Made by a program: the position numbers and the translations under genes. Shown in pieces: positions 27,796-41,200 of a DNA stretch of 64,000 nucleotides. The stretch is taken from assembly GCF_964194025.1 (NCBI RefSeq), contig NC_134472.1, positions 74,648,001 to 74,712,000 on the forward strand, read 5' to 3'. The notes below the pieces were generated by a model. That model was not told the DNA's origin. It worked only from the letters and a program-made list of their open reading frames with translations, and did no database searches. The stretch comes from Convolutriloba macropyga. Taxonomy: Eukaryota. Numbering within the stretch: the first letter of the stretch is position 1; each line of letters opens with the position of its first letter.

Positions 27796-27933
27796 CTTGT
27801 ATCCGTCTAATTCCCAGAAGGGTTTTGTGATGGGCCCTTTTCCATTTGCAACAGCACCGCTGCCACTCTGACCCCCATTGGGTACTCTATCTAACTGCTC
27901 GCTAGACGACAGTTGGGAATTGGAACTACTCAT
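27796..27933 (-). CDS. PACSIN: PACSIN/syndapin-like F-BAR protein, first coding exon (not in the ORF track)
   Basis: Hand translation MSSSNSQLSSSEQLDRVPNGGQSGSGAVANGKGPITKPFWELDGYK; FWELDGYK matches PACSIN 'SFWEVGNYK'. Acceptor AG at 27956-27955, donor GTTAGC, phase 0. Confidence 0.85.
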
Positions 27934-30900
27934 TGTAACCCGTTCTCTTTCTGTCTAATTTTCCTCTTTTATAAAAAAAAGATTAATATAAACACAAAAG
28001 CGTAAATCGAGCTCAAAACTCAAGCCATTAATAAATTTCACTGTTTCCTGAGTCTAATTACTTGCGTCAGTTCTTCGTTTCAACAGCAAAATATAGCAAT
28101 GTCGATAACAGCATACGCATTGACAAATACTGCCTTTTCATTGAGCAAAGCGTCGTAATGCGAAATTTGTCACTAATTTCATTTGCATCTGAAAATAGCA
28201 TTAAATTGCTTTCAAAAACAATTATCGGGGCTTCAAAGAAGCGCAAATACAAGAACAATTTTTAACTTCAAATTCCGCTTCTATTTTCCTTGATAATAAA
28301 CATTCTACGTTCATATAGCAAGCGGCGTAAATAATCATAATACACACAAAATGACGTATGGCTTGAAGCTTCATAAGAAAAGACAACATTATCTCAAACT
28401 GACAAAGACAATGGTTTGGGTGAATGTTGAGAAACAACTTCAAAATAGGATATTTAACTGTGAGCAAACAAGGCAAGGCAGAAACAGTCTCATAGTTTGT
28501 ACATATATCATTAGTTTGGCTGTCTGAAAGTAGAGGTAATTCATTATTGCAACATACGCAATAAATTCTTCATCTCTACGCTTTAACAAGTTCAATCATC
28601 GTACGTTTATTAGCGATGACCACTAATAATCTTTACAAAACGAAGGGTGACAGTTGATTTAAATTTTTGACATTAGACGAATTTATCACTGGTAACCACT
28701 GGCTAGATAGGCTAGCAGTTTCACTAAAAGTTTCTCTAAAAAAAAAATTCTTACAAAAAATTTTTTTTCACTAAGAACAGATAACCAATTGTTGAACAGA
28801 AACGTGTTTTCATATTTTTTTCATTGAAACAAAATTGACGCTGAATCTTTGGGTACCGCTGAGATATCTGTAAAAAAATGCTCAAACGATTTGGCGGGAA
28901 ATCTTGAAATTTCAATACTTAAGGATAGATATTTGTAAAAAAAAAACTCAAAGAAATTTGTGGTAGAAAAGTCACAAACTGGAAAACTGTGGTGACACTG
29001 CCAGCTGTTATTGTTTCTTATCCACTACCTTAAGATATGGCCAAAACAAACACGAAGGAAACATTATTACAATCAGGGATAAAATCGATTAGTACAAAAC
29101 TTAGCACAAAGAATATTGAGAAAAAAACGTCCGTCAACACTTTGAAGAACAATTCAAGCAAAGTCACAAGGATGCATTCTATTGAATGAAATCAATTGCA
29201 CACCCAAGAATTCAGAATGACACATGCTAGTATTTGGATAAACAGACTCATTGTAGAAAAAAAACAAAACGTCTACTTCGTAATTTTTGAAAATTAAAAA
29301 TCAAATTGAAAATCGGAGAACAAATAAATAGCCGCTAAATTGCCAGAAAATAGCCACCGATGATCCCCTTAAGAAATATTGGGATTGAAATACGAGATGG
29401 AAATTGATAGAATTTTTAACTGTCAAGAAGTGTTCAAATTTGGTGTTTAGTTTCAGATTCTAAACTTATTCTTATCTCAGCTCTTAAATCTGCTCCCTTG
29501 ACCTTGACGGAACTCACTACATTGCTTATTTCAATGAGTGAAACATCCATTCAGTTGAAACAGTGAATGAGGTAAGTCAGGAGTTAAACGCGAAAGTCGT
29601 GACTTATGCAAAACGAAGGACATGATCAAAAGGTAACGCGAACTAAGGAGAGCAAGGGCGGCTAATTAAAACGAAAAACAATGATAAATGACGTTACATG
29701 TTCCTTTGAATGATCGCTTGAAATAAGTAAAAAGGTTCTCTTACTGAGTCGCCGAGTTTGGATAACCAGAAATAACATGAAAAAATAAACACTTTAATGC
29801 CTATCAAATTGTGGTGGCTCCATTTGGACTCTGCGCCCGGTTACAAAAAGGATTGTACATGCAAAAAAAATCAAAATTAATTATGAAACTGACATTTTTG
29901 TTCGGGGCTATTTTTCATTGCTATCAGCTAATGGTTTGACTCTAATACGGAGAACTGAAACAACTAGTTATGCTGATATGCGAGTTATACTCGGTAATGT
30001 GCGATTGCACATAATGTTCCGGCTTCACCTATTCGCATTCTTGGCTCACCCTCCCGAGAAATTAATTAGAGCTAAAACTTTAAAATAAGTTAGTTCATGG
30101 TTTGGAAATTAGAACCAGCCGGCAACTATTACGCTCCTATTTTCCACATCTTCAGAAAACTGGATTGTTTTGGTACACTCATTTTTTCCTAAATGCGTTC
30201 AAACAGTTTTTGGACAACTTGGACCCTTGAAATAGGGAAAAATAAACTCACTGGTATTAAGCCATAAACAATTTTGTCTAACTTTCCGTTTACCGTGTAT
30301 AAAAATCAGTGAGCTGGCAAAGCCATTCAGGTAAAAAAAACTCCATGCAGACTTGAGCCCAATATGGTGCAGTTTCTGAGCAATATAAGCATTTTAATTT
30401 GTTTTTAACTGCTCGTTAATGCCATATTTTTTTCAGATAAACTTTCTAGTCACTTTACTAGGCTATATAATTCAACCGCCCATAATACTTAGTCTACGCT
30501 CGCATATTACACGCAGCACTACAAAAATACCTTTATTTTTTTCATTTTTCAAATAAAGAAAGTTCGTGTTCGTTTCGCCTCTTGATATATCTAAATAAAA
30601 AACTTCCGTTATCCCTCGAACTTTGTAGCATTTGGTAGGAAAAAACTCTAAATACGGTATCATCACGAATTTGGTTGAGATGATTGCAACCAATCATCAT
30701 GTCTCCGTAACCTTATCGTTGATTTGGTAGAAACTCAGCGCTGAAAAAATTGTTCAAATATCAGCACAAAATTTTGAACGTTTTGGTACAAATTGAAAAA
30801 AAATTGTCACAATTTCGGGGAACGAAATGCAAAAATTGTTCCGTGGAATGGGCACAGAAAAATTGTTAAACGGATATCTTTGTTGAAAACATGATGATCC

Positions 30901-33179
30901 TTTCCAATACATCTATCTACTATTTGGAAGCTCTAGAAAAAAGTAGGTTATTGTTCGACACTGGCGAAAGGTTTTCAACTAGTTAATATGGAAAAACAAA
31001 TTATTTAGTAAGACTGGAACGAAATTTTCGAAACATAACCGACTGAACGTCGGAAGAATTGCTCTCGAACGACTATGGGGAGCTCTAATCCATTGCATCC
31101 TGCTTCAGTCAGCGGGGGAGGGGGAGCCTAACTGGGACTAAGAAGCTCAATAGTGGGTTTCAAACAACCACATTAGGGGTTACAATATACCACTATTAAG
31201 ATTTAAAGTGAAAAAAGGCACCAGTTTCGGCGCAATTTTCATTTAACTTTTAGTATTAAATTGCCGCCAATTAAGTTCAGCTGCTTGAAATTTTGATTGA
31301 GAGAAAATTTTAGATGACGCGAAACGCAAAAAGTCAAGGGCGTAAAAGTCATTCGAAAAGCCAAAACCGTCAAGCGAAAATTTTGCATTAAAAAGACACA
31401 CACGTTTACAATAATTGCTATGAACTTCGTTCAAGAGCAATTAAAAATGTATAGCCTCATCGTTCAGTTGAGTTTGTTTCATATAACCAAACAATATGGG
31501 CCGAACAATTTTTTTCAACACCCGTTAGGCAGAAACACAAAGATCTTGATTCGAAACAGCGTACACCATACTGTTGTAACTACAAAGATTTAACTCGCAA
31601 AAGATTCAGCTGGCTCTGTAATGCATTATTCGCCACTGAAAAAAACCTGCAATTTGCTTTGACTACCACTCTTAACTCCGGGAAATTGAGAAATTTCGTT
31701 TTGTAAAACATTCTTAAAGCATTGGTGACAATAAATCCTTAAAAGACAGGCAATAGATCTTTATGCCGGAGTTCAAAAAAGTACCGATTAACTTTAAAAA
31801 AAATTGGTTCTCTGCTTCCATTTTGCATTCATTCTATGACTTCTGTAGGTCCTATACAATCGGAAAAACCTTATTTCAACAACCTAAACACCTGATACAA
31901 AAGCTGATTAAAAAATCCGAAATCAACGCTAACTTAAACTGAAAAATGGCGAAGTTAAACATAACAGTCCAAAGTTGTGGGAAATTTTTTACTAAAAGAA
32001 ATTAAAAAACTTAGCATATCAAAAATTCAGCATGCTGTATAAGAACAGCATGTCTGTGGATGTTTACCATATAACAAAACATTGCTCAGAAAGTGGCAGT
32101 TTATCCTCCAAGATAAAGTTTAGTAGCATGCAACGAGGACTTGAACAAAATTTTTCACAAATTAGTTTAGCAAAAAACGGATAGTCAGCAACACTCAAAA
32201 CCCTGGTACTGTTTAAGCAGTCCTGACAGCATCTTCTGAGGGTAGGTCTTGGCAGGAAAACGGAACTAGTCAGTTAAAATTGCCTAATTTATTGCAAAAT
32301 AGATCGGCATGATAAAAATAGGGAAATACTTAACAATTTAGTAAACCATATGGATATTTTCCAAAAATAACTAAACAGAAATGCCACGCAAAACGCTAAC
32401 TCGATCAATCATTCAAAATTGGGATCCATTCTGTTTCGGCCCCCCATCTTAGTGAGCATAAATTTTTCATGACCCCCAGGCGCACGTGCTATTTTCTTAC
32501 ATAGTAACGTCCTATATAACAACAAAAAATTTGTAACTGGGGGTGGAGTCATAAAAACACTGGGGTGGGGGGGGGGGGGGGCGGACAGAATAGATCCCAA
32601 AATTGACTGGGGCAAAATTGACTGAGATACAGTTTTTCCTTAAATATGTGGGTCGGAACTATTAGATACAGAAGAAGAAATACGTGTTCTAGATCATTAT
32701 AACTGATAACTCCCTTAATTCTTTCCCAGCCAAAAAAGTTTAACTAAGAGTACTACAGCTCAGCTGATAAAAATCGATCACTGTTTAATCACTCCATATG
32801 ATACAATTAGCAGATAAAGCTTAGAACCAGGCACTTTAATCTAAACAGAATGGTTAACATTTTCGCTCATTCAAATTAATGCCCAAAAAGTGCCTCTATA
32901 GAAGCAACTCAGACAAAATAATCAATCAGATTAATACTAGCGTTCAATTCACAGTCGGCTTTGTATTGCCAAAATTGGCAAGCCATTAATTCACGTGTCA
33001 TCAATAACCAAAACGGTCCAAGGTCTTTTCACAAACAATAGATATAAAGCATGAAAACTCGACAGCATCGAATCCATTTTTTTGTTAAAATTTGTATCAA
33101 CTTTGTTTTGGTATTATTAATCAAAATCTAAAAGGCAGATCATTATTAACTTAGTTCAACTCGAATAGATCGCACGTAA

Positions 33180-33629
33180 TTAAATTTTGTCGAGCGGTGT
33201 CACTCCAATAACATGCAAAGCATGTTTGAGAACCAAAATACCACATTGAAACGCAACTAGTCTGTTTGACTGTTTTTTAAAACAAGGCTCTGATACACAA
33301 GGCGCCGTATTATGTAATCGAGTCAAAGCTTTGCAGAGCTCATAAATATACTCTTTGAGGATGAAAGCGTCCAAAGCTTCGTAGCTTTCAAACAACACGT
33401 TTTCATAATTCGCCAAAGTTATCATCAAATCAACAACGCACGATTGAATGATTTCATTTTCTTCACTTTCAAAGGAGGGGTAATCAAAGGTCAAGTGTTC
33501 TGACTCGGGATCGATCCCCATCGTGCGGAATATTGAACGAACTTTGGCGTATGTCATCATGATATAGATGCCCGATTTTCCTTTGACTGACACAACTTCG
33601 TTCCAATTAAATTTGAAGTCACTCATTCT
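33180..33629 (-). CDS. RARS2: RARS2 last exon (DALR anticodon-binding domain)
   Basis: TTGTTTAG acceptor; RMSDFKFNW...GKSGIYIMMTYAKVRSI...ALHVIGVTPLDKI*. The three exons total 1626 nt = 541 aa plus stop. Confidence 0.93.
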   Translation of the reverse strand, partial: RMSDFKFNWNEVVSVKGKSGIYIMMTYAKVRSIFRTMGIDPESEHLTFDYPSFESEENEIIQSCVVDLMITLANYENVLFESYEALDAFILKEYIYELCKALTRLHNTAPCVSEPCFKKQSNRLVAFQCGILVLKHALHVIGVTPLDKI

Positions 33630-34329
33630 CTAAACAAGATGCAAGTTTAGCAGTTAACCGTCAATATTGTTAAACAGACCGATTACGTAATCTAACGAAA
33701 GTAATAACATTATCGTCATTACTTTATGTTTAATCAAATCATACCGTGTTGCAATCAATACTGTAAAGTGCAGTGACTGACTAACAATCAGACCATAATT
33801 ATCACTTTCTGATATAATTAAATGAGAACTTCTCAATTCTGATTTTTCATGAGGGCAGCTCCCATATGTCACAAAATAGAATTTAAAAGTATCTGATAAA
33901 TATTTCTTGGCCAATTAATTTCTTAAATGATCAACCTTTAGTTGAACAACGTACACAGAAACTCAGTGTCTTCTGTACTGAGCCACACAAGAAAATTTAA
34001 CGTATTTCATTTCGTCTACCTGAAACCATGATTGAGAAATAGTGACATCATTAGAAAGAAACTGAAAAAAGCTTAAAATGTTTATTTAAAGAGGTACACA
34101 ATTGACCAATTAGTTAATTAAAATATGGTCGAATGAAGCTCAGCCCATACATTAAACAAATTTTCGCCAATCAGAAGCATAATCCAGCGGAACACGCTCC
34201 CACAAATTTTCGTCCCACAAATTATTGTTGTCGACAAACTGCGTGAAAAACTAATTGCGAGAAAATTCTAGCGTGAAAAATTTTTTTCCTGCGTAAAAAA
34301 TAATTATAAAAACTGAAACAAGGCCTAAC

Positions 34330-35240
34330 CTTATAAGAGAAGCAATTGACCACCAAAGATGCGATAGCCAATTGCTCAGCCACGTGTTCAAACTGAGCAG
34401 GATCCGATTTGGTCGTTTCTCTCAGTCTCAACCTCTCAACTACCAAGTCTTTCGCATCGTTTAAAAGGGAATCTACGCTTAAAGTTTGATTCCTCCTAGA
34501 ACTCATTCCGATCACGCGGCCAAACTGTAAATGGGTCAGCTTCGTTTTCTTTTCGGGTTTTAGCTTGTCCAGAAAAAAGTTCAACTTTCGAAAATGTTCG
34601 TACTGGCCTTTATCAACTATATAGTACATGTGAGATAAGTTATCATACTTGTGGATACGTTCCATAGCTGCCGCTAAATCTCTTGTAAGATACGTGGAAA
34701 AAATTTTCTCTCCATTTGAGGTGGAAGCGAACGGGATCTTTGCTTTCATTTTCCCATAGACAGGTATTGAGAAATCAGTTTCAGAGCGAATATAGGGAGA
34801 ATCCTTAAGCAATTTCTCGGATAATTTTACAGCTTCTTCGCGATAGCTCGATTCGCCAGTAATTTGATCATATTCAACTCCAAACTTTTGGTTTATATCG
34901 TCGTAATACTCTCTCGTTTTCGCGCAAATTAATTTCCATAATAACATATGATATTCGTTGTTGTTTTCTAACAGCAGTTTAGTTTGTTTGCAACTTGTTC
35001 GAAAACTGAGGTCGGATTCGTGTAACAAATTTGCTTCTGAGTATAACTTCAACAGATCATGCACGCTTAAGATTTCAATTTGTTCAATAGCTCCATTTGG
35101 ATATTTCATCTTCAGGTATGAAACAAGGAGATTAAACTGATCGCCCCAATCTCCGATGTAGCTCAAGCGAGTCACTCTGTGTCCATGTAGCATCAATAGT
35201 CTTGATACTGTGTTCCCCAAAAGGGTTGATCTAAAATTTC
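34330..35240 (-). CDS. RARS2: RARS2 catalytic-core exon
   Basis: TTTGCAG acceptor; GNFRSTLLGN, YIGDWGDQF, GESSY, STYLTRDLAAA, YIVDKGQYEHF, HLQFGRVIGMSSRR (mitochondrial-type KMSKS equivalent); donor GTTAGG after SYK; 911 nt, phase 1->0. Confidence 0.95.
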
Positions 35241-37904
35241 CTGCAAACATTAGATTTGTGCAGGCTCTCATTTCATTAGCTAAACGAAAAAATTGTTTGT
35301 TGAAATTTTGGCCTTTTGGTTTTAGATGTTTCAATTTCTTAAATAAAATCAATGAAATTCAAGCTATAATTTTTTTGATAGCGGAAAAGGATGATCGTGG
35401 CAACTCTTTACGGTGGCTATTTCAATAAATGGGAGTCTTTACACCAAACAATTATTAAAATAAACCGTAGAAAAACTGTACGAAATTGTAACCAAGAAAC
35501 ATTTTCAGAGCCGTAGATGTTTAAGGAACAATCTACGAACTCTGCCTCTCGTCCAACATTTACTTTAGAACTGCAAATTTTAGCAAGTACTTAGATTTCA
35601 GAATAACATAACCCAGTAACGTAGAGTGAATTGCTCTCAAATGACTGTCGAGCAGTTGGCTTTGCCAGATGCTAGCTGCGCGTCTTACTGAGGCTAGGCT
35701 TTAGCTGATTGAGGTGGGTTGAAGTGAGCACGGGGAGGAAATGGCGGAGAGGAGGGAGTTAAAGGGGGAGGGGTCAAACTCTGAAAACCACCCTTCATAT
35801 CATGAATTTGTCTCTTAAACTTATACGGTGAATAGCATACTTAGATACTAGTGAGCCATAAAGAACTTAATGACAGCCTAGCTTTACCTGTTTATTCCGT
35901 TTTTGAGAACGAAAAGTCAAAGGGGTACGACAAAAAATCAGTAAAGCAAAAATTGCATTAAAAACATTGGCAGTGGAATACCGGAAACGACTCGAATATA
36001 ATCTCTAAACAAACCTTACCTTAATCAAAAAGAGATCAAAGAGAAAGAAAGAGAGAGCGATACAAAAGCAAATGCCTAATAAAACAATAGAAAGTACAAC
36101 CACATCTTTTAATTTAGGTGTATGGAAGTTGGGGGCAGGGTAATGGGGGCTGGCGGTTTCGGTAAGGTAATGGGATCTGGTTGGGGGTAGTTAGATTTGG
36201 GGTACAAGTAGTTGCGGGAATAGGTACTCTTGAGTGATTGGGGTGGCTACAGCTAGGCGTGAAGGGGAATGTAGGTGGGTGATTCGTTATTTAAAAAGGG
36301 AGGAGGGACTTAGGCGCAGAAAACTTTTAAATTGAGCTTTAAATTTTGAGCTTGAATTTCAACTGCAGTTCCTAACTACTATGTATTGGTATCTAAGCTA
36401 CTTTTAAAGTCAAAAGTTTGAAAACAGACGTCATGGTTCAAAAAAAGAAAGGTAAAGACTGAACAGTACTAATTTTAACGCTTAGTTGCACAGCTCTTTG
36501 TTCAGATTGTTTATCATTCAACTTATAATGAGATGAACTTATGGATTTCGCGTTTTAGTTGTAGATGTGAGAACTGCATAAACGCAAAACTACCTAATCT
36601 TAACCAGTGACGGCAAACTGTCTCCGAAAAAATTTTGCAAACTTTGATAAATTGTCCTTCACAGCATGAAAACGTAGCCGGCTCAGGTCGGGCAAATTGT
36701 TTTCAGTTTGTGTGTCGGTGAGGCTGGGTGCAACGATGCATTGAAAACTCTGCACTTGATCAAAGAATTTTGCTTTCTTTGCGAAAATTTTTTCACACCT
36801 ACTTTCCTCGCTCTCTCAAAAATAGTATGATCAGAAAATCACTGTGTTCTCCTCGATTCGTTCAACCGTTGGACCTAAATACTTAGTTAAAACGTAAGGC
36901 ATTGACGTTTAGATTCTGTTTTAAATACTCCAAAAATTATCGATCAAAAAAGACTCCGCTAATACTCATCACGTTCAAGACGAAAAAAGCTGTAGATTAA
37001 CAATACTCCTTTTTCCATCTTAAAAAGAAAACAGCCTTAATATAATTGCTAAAAACTTAACTTGAGAATAATTAATCAGTACGTCTTCCTATTTTTAAAC
37101 TAGAGAATAATTAATCAGTACGCCTTCCTATTTTTAAACTACAGAAACAAGCAACTTGTTGGGAAAGCTAATCGGCATAAAGCATCAATGAACCCCAATG
37201 TTATTAACCAGGTCAAAACAGAATTTAGTTTCCATTTTTCCTCAACGCCTCAAACGTTAGAAATTTTAAAAAGACATGCATCAGATATGGAGGAGTAAAA
37301 CGAAAGAGCTTTCTACAGTAGTATTTTAACACATAGAAACTTCATGAAAAACGGTCGATGAAAAATGGGGATCTACTGTATCCCGTGTTTTTATTTACTA
37401 TGTATAAATAGCACGTGCGCCTCGGGGCGTAAAAGTTGTATGCCCACAAAACTTGGGGGGTTTAGAATGATCTAAAATATGCATATAAATAAGACGTCCT
37501 GTTCGTTCACTAATTGCTATAAATGTCATTTAAGAACAATTGTGCTATCGGCAGTTTTGGTCACACCGTCCAGTTGGAACAATACAGCTCGAAGAGAACT
37601 GCCTAAGGCAGTTCTGTAAGCCGAAAACTGGATAACGACAGTGCTTGAAAGCACTACCACTATCCTATCTTTCGGAACACAACAATAAAATCGGCCGGAC
37701 AAAAAAGCGCAGACATACGAAAGTGCAACACGAAGGAGACCAATACTTCAAATTTTGTCTCGCGGCAAATAAACATACCTTAGACCTATCATTATTTGAG
37801 TAAAATCAATAAAATTGTTAAACAAAGTGAGGGTTGTATAAAGCAGAAATATTACAACACAATTCAAGTTTTCCGTCCTAACAGAACCAAAAAGAGCAGC
37901 ATAC

Positions 37905-38169
37905 CGGGATGAAAAGGCTTCGCCACATTAGGAGATCCTGCTTCAACTAAAATATTCTCCTGACACTTGGATGTATGATATCCGAAAACATTTCTTGTCG
38001 TCCAGCTCTGTAATATACTGAAAACAACATCCTGTTGCATTTCAAGGCACGTGGAATTGGATCGATCCTTCTCCGAGACAATTTTAACAGCACGTTTGTT
38101 TCCTTTGCAAAAAGCAAAAGGCCTTGCATGAAAGCACCCAATGATTGAGGCAACAGTTTTAGAAACCAT
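37905..38169 (-). CDS. RARS2: Mitochondrial arginyl-tRNA synthetase, first coding exon (acceptor AG 38181-38180, probable ATG 38169, donor GTATGC after 37905)
   Basis: Translates MVSKTVAS...ILVEAGSPNVAKPFHP(G), matching the ArgRS 'VEFSSPNxAKxxHxGH' motif. The phase-1 donor joins the next exon in frame. The start codon is inferred; an upstream coding exon is not excluded. Confidence 0.88.
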
Positions 38170-38222
38170 TACAATGCACCTGAAAATGGAAAATATCAGC
38201 ATTAGATCTTAGCAGTAGAGAA

Positions 38223-41200
38223 TATTCTTAAAAATAAAAAAAAGGCCGTGTACACCATCCGGCATCGATGGATGTAGGTCGAAAAATAGGGTATGATGAG
38301 TAGCACTTAGTAGCCGGATGCTGCACTCCAAGCTGTTCCCCTCCAGACAGTGTAAAGACGGCCCAGTCACAAAAATAAATAACAAGTGGAGAGGAAAGCA
38401 CCTATATATATATATATATATATAGCACACATAGGGAACTAGAATGGAAGGAATAAAATAAAAATGGACCATCAAGGAATAAGCAAATGAATAAAGATAA
38501 GCAGCCAAACACTCAGTGCAGCCTTCCCTCCTCCACGACGGCGCTAATCGAAGTCTCACTGAGAACACGAGGCTTGAGGGCACGACATCCCCTCAAGCAG
38601 AGAACACAGCTCCTCAGAAGTGCGAAGCTGATTTTCGTTCGGATGTAGCTTATAGTGTCGGCGTACGGCTCTCCGCGTTTTTCGCTGATCTTGGTTGCGA
38701 GTTGTTTCATAACGCGCGATGCTGATGGACCTGGACCACCCGAACAAGCAAAAACCAGTGCATTGAAGCTGCTGTGTTCGGTTTCGCGGATTCGCTCTTC
38801 GTACTTATTTCGCTTGATGCTCTCGTGATATTTGTATGCATCTTTTATGGTCTTAGGGCAGCTCTTCGCATGAGGGTTGAAAATCTTCACATCGAAGAAA
38901 GTGCGATTAAAGCGGGAGCCCCACAGACCGTTTGCCTTGATGTCCAGTCGAGCGTCATCATCAGTGGTGGTGGAATTACTCGAGAAAATTTCTCCATCGA
39001 GCGACTGAAGTTTTGGCTCTATCTGTACATCGTGGCAAACGTCATCCATCAGGTTTGCAAACACATCTCTAATTTCGTTGTGTCGTAGGTGCGTATAACC
39101 GCCTTTGGCGCAATGGAGGGCATGGGTGAGGCTGAATTCTTTCCCGCATGGGCATATGGCTGGCGTGTTCTTCGCTTCCCAGGTGTAGCGAAGTGCTATT
39201 CCATCACGGAACTCAGTCTTCGTGAGGTCAAAACCATGTTTTGACAACGGAAGCGCGTTAAGCCAGCTTGATGCTCCTTTCTCCGAGGCCAGCTGGATGG
39301 TATACTTCATTTCTGGTAGATTGTTTTCGATTCTGGATTTTTTCGAGATGAGTTCACGTTGATTGTCTGCTTTCTGTCTGAGACTGATCTTGGTTTGTTC
39401 TACTTCACATTGTTGAATATTATTGAATGACGCCAATGGTCTTGAGAGTTCAACTGATTGCTCAAGATTTTTGTGACGATCTTGTGGGAGGGCGATGTTA
39501 AGCCCACCCATTTTGAGAGGGAGAGAAAAAAGTTCTCTTTCCTCTTGGATTACTTCTTTGCCGACGATGTTCGGTATGACTCGGCCAAGCCGCTCCTCCA
39601 CCTTGTCCAGAACCCCCTCCATGGAAGGTGTAGTACGCGAAAGGAAGCTCAACTTCTGTTGAACCCCCTTCGTCAAACATGCATAGGCATTCTGGGAGAG
39701 GTGAGAGCAAATTGACCAAGTCTGTCTAAACTTTTTGTGTATTTATTTTCTGCATCTTTCAGGAAATTTTTACTGGCCTCAGAGCTTCCGATAACTGATC
39801 CCAGGACTCGAGCGCCCTGCGTGATTTCCACATTTGTGCCTGCAAACACAGTTGACGCTTGGCGCTCTCCTCCTGGCTTAATTATCAACTGACACTTCGG
39901 AGGATTGACAAGATATCCATACTAGGGACCGAGCTCAGTGAGCTTGTCGAAGAGTGCCCTGATATCTTCTAACTTACCGACGACGCTACTATCATCAGCA
40001 TACCATTTTTGGGTCAAAGAGTCATTATGAAGTCTTGTTATTAGGGGTAGGATTACGATTTCATACATTGCCATCGCAAGGGGATCGCCTTGTGTCGTAC
40101 CTTCCTGAGACAGTATGGTGGACTTACCGATGTAGAGATGAGACGGGTGGCTATAGAAATTCTGTAAGGCAACATGCAAAGATGGGCATAAGGCTTTCAC
40201 GTTCTCTAAAGCTGTTCGTCTATTGAGCACGTTAAAAGCGTTTTTGGCATCAATTAGAAGAATTGCTTCGTTTTCGGGATCATCAAAACTGTGGCGAAGC
40301 GAATGTATGGCATGTTCTATGCCACATTTCTGGCCCAGGCACAGTTGCATGTTTCCACCGAGGAATGTTAGATCTTGCCTGATGCAGTCGACGATTATGC
40401 GTCCACTGATGCGACGCATTACTTCACCAATACCAATATGTCTCACACCTGGACATTTATCCAGGGCCACTAGTCGACAACCATTGTATGCAATCAAATC
40501 ATCCGGTGCTATTATGGACGTGGCAAGCCTCTTAGCAAACTTGGCAACAAGCTTGCACAGGTTCGTGGATGTTCGCTCTGAATGCAGTTGGGCTCCAAGG
40601 GTTGACCTTCAGGATGTTTGTCGCGTAAAATCTCGAGGACCGGTCCACCGTCTATGAGATCGGTAGGTGCGAGCACGCCGCCTTTGTGCTCATCCGAAAG
40701 AACGCGAATAGCATTACTGATCTTACCACGAGACATGAAATCGTTGAACATCTTGAGGTCAGAGTGCTGCTGTTTGTTCCTTGAATTCATTCTCATTTGG
40801 ATTGCCTTCGCTTCACAGAACAGTTCTGAGAAGTTGCAGCTGTACCATGCTTGCAGTCTACGCTTGATGGTCTTATTATTCGATCCATCGTCCGTGTTCT
40901 TTGTTCGACTGAGGGTTAGGTGCGGAAGTATCATACAGAGGGTCAGAGATATATCGGATCTATCCGTGTTTACGGCAATCGGGGAGAGGACACTGTGAAG
41001 GGCTTCGGCGAACTGTTCCCCTGTCTTGTTCTTACCGAGCGTGAAGAACGAGGGCTTCCAAGTGACGACCTCGCGGTATATTTGGCGCACTGTTACCACG
41101 TGATGAGGCTGGAAGTGGTCCCAAAAATTATTCGATGCTGCGGCGACGGAATGTTCGGGGGCGTGCGATGTTGCAGGATCTATGAGTGCAGTGTCGGGAA

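Noticed and set aside
190-33914. Most 60-120 aa ORFs in this interval
   Set aside because: Low-complexity K/N/F/L-rich translations, many within repeats, with no splice or family support.
35720-36310. G-rich strand-skewed tracts as regulatory G-quadruplexes
   Set aside because: Similar G-rich tracts recur in the local repeat families; no specific evidence of function.
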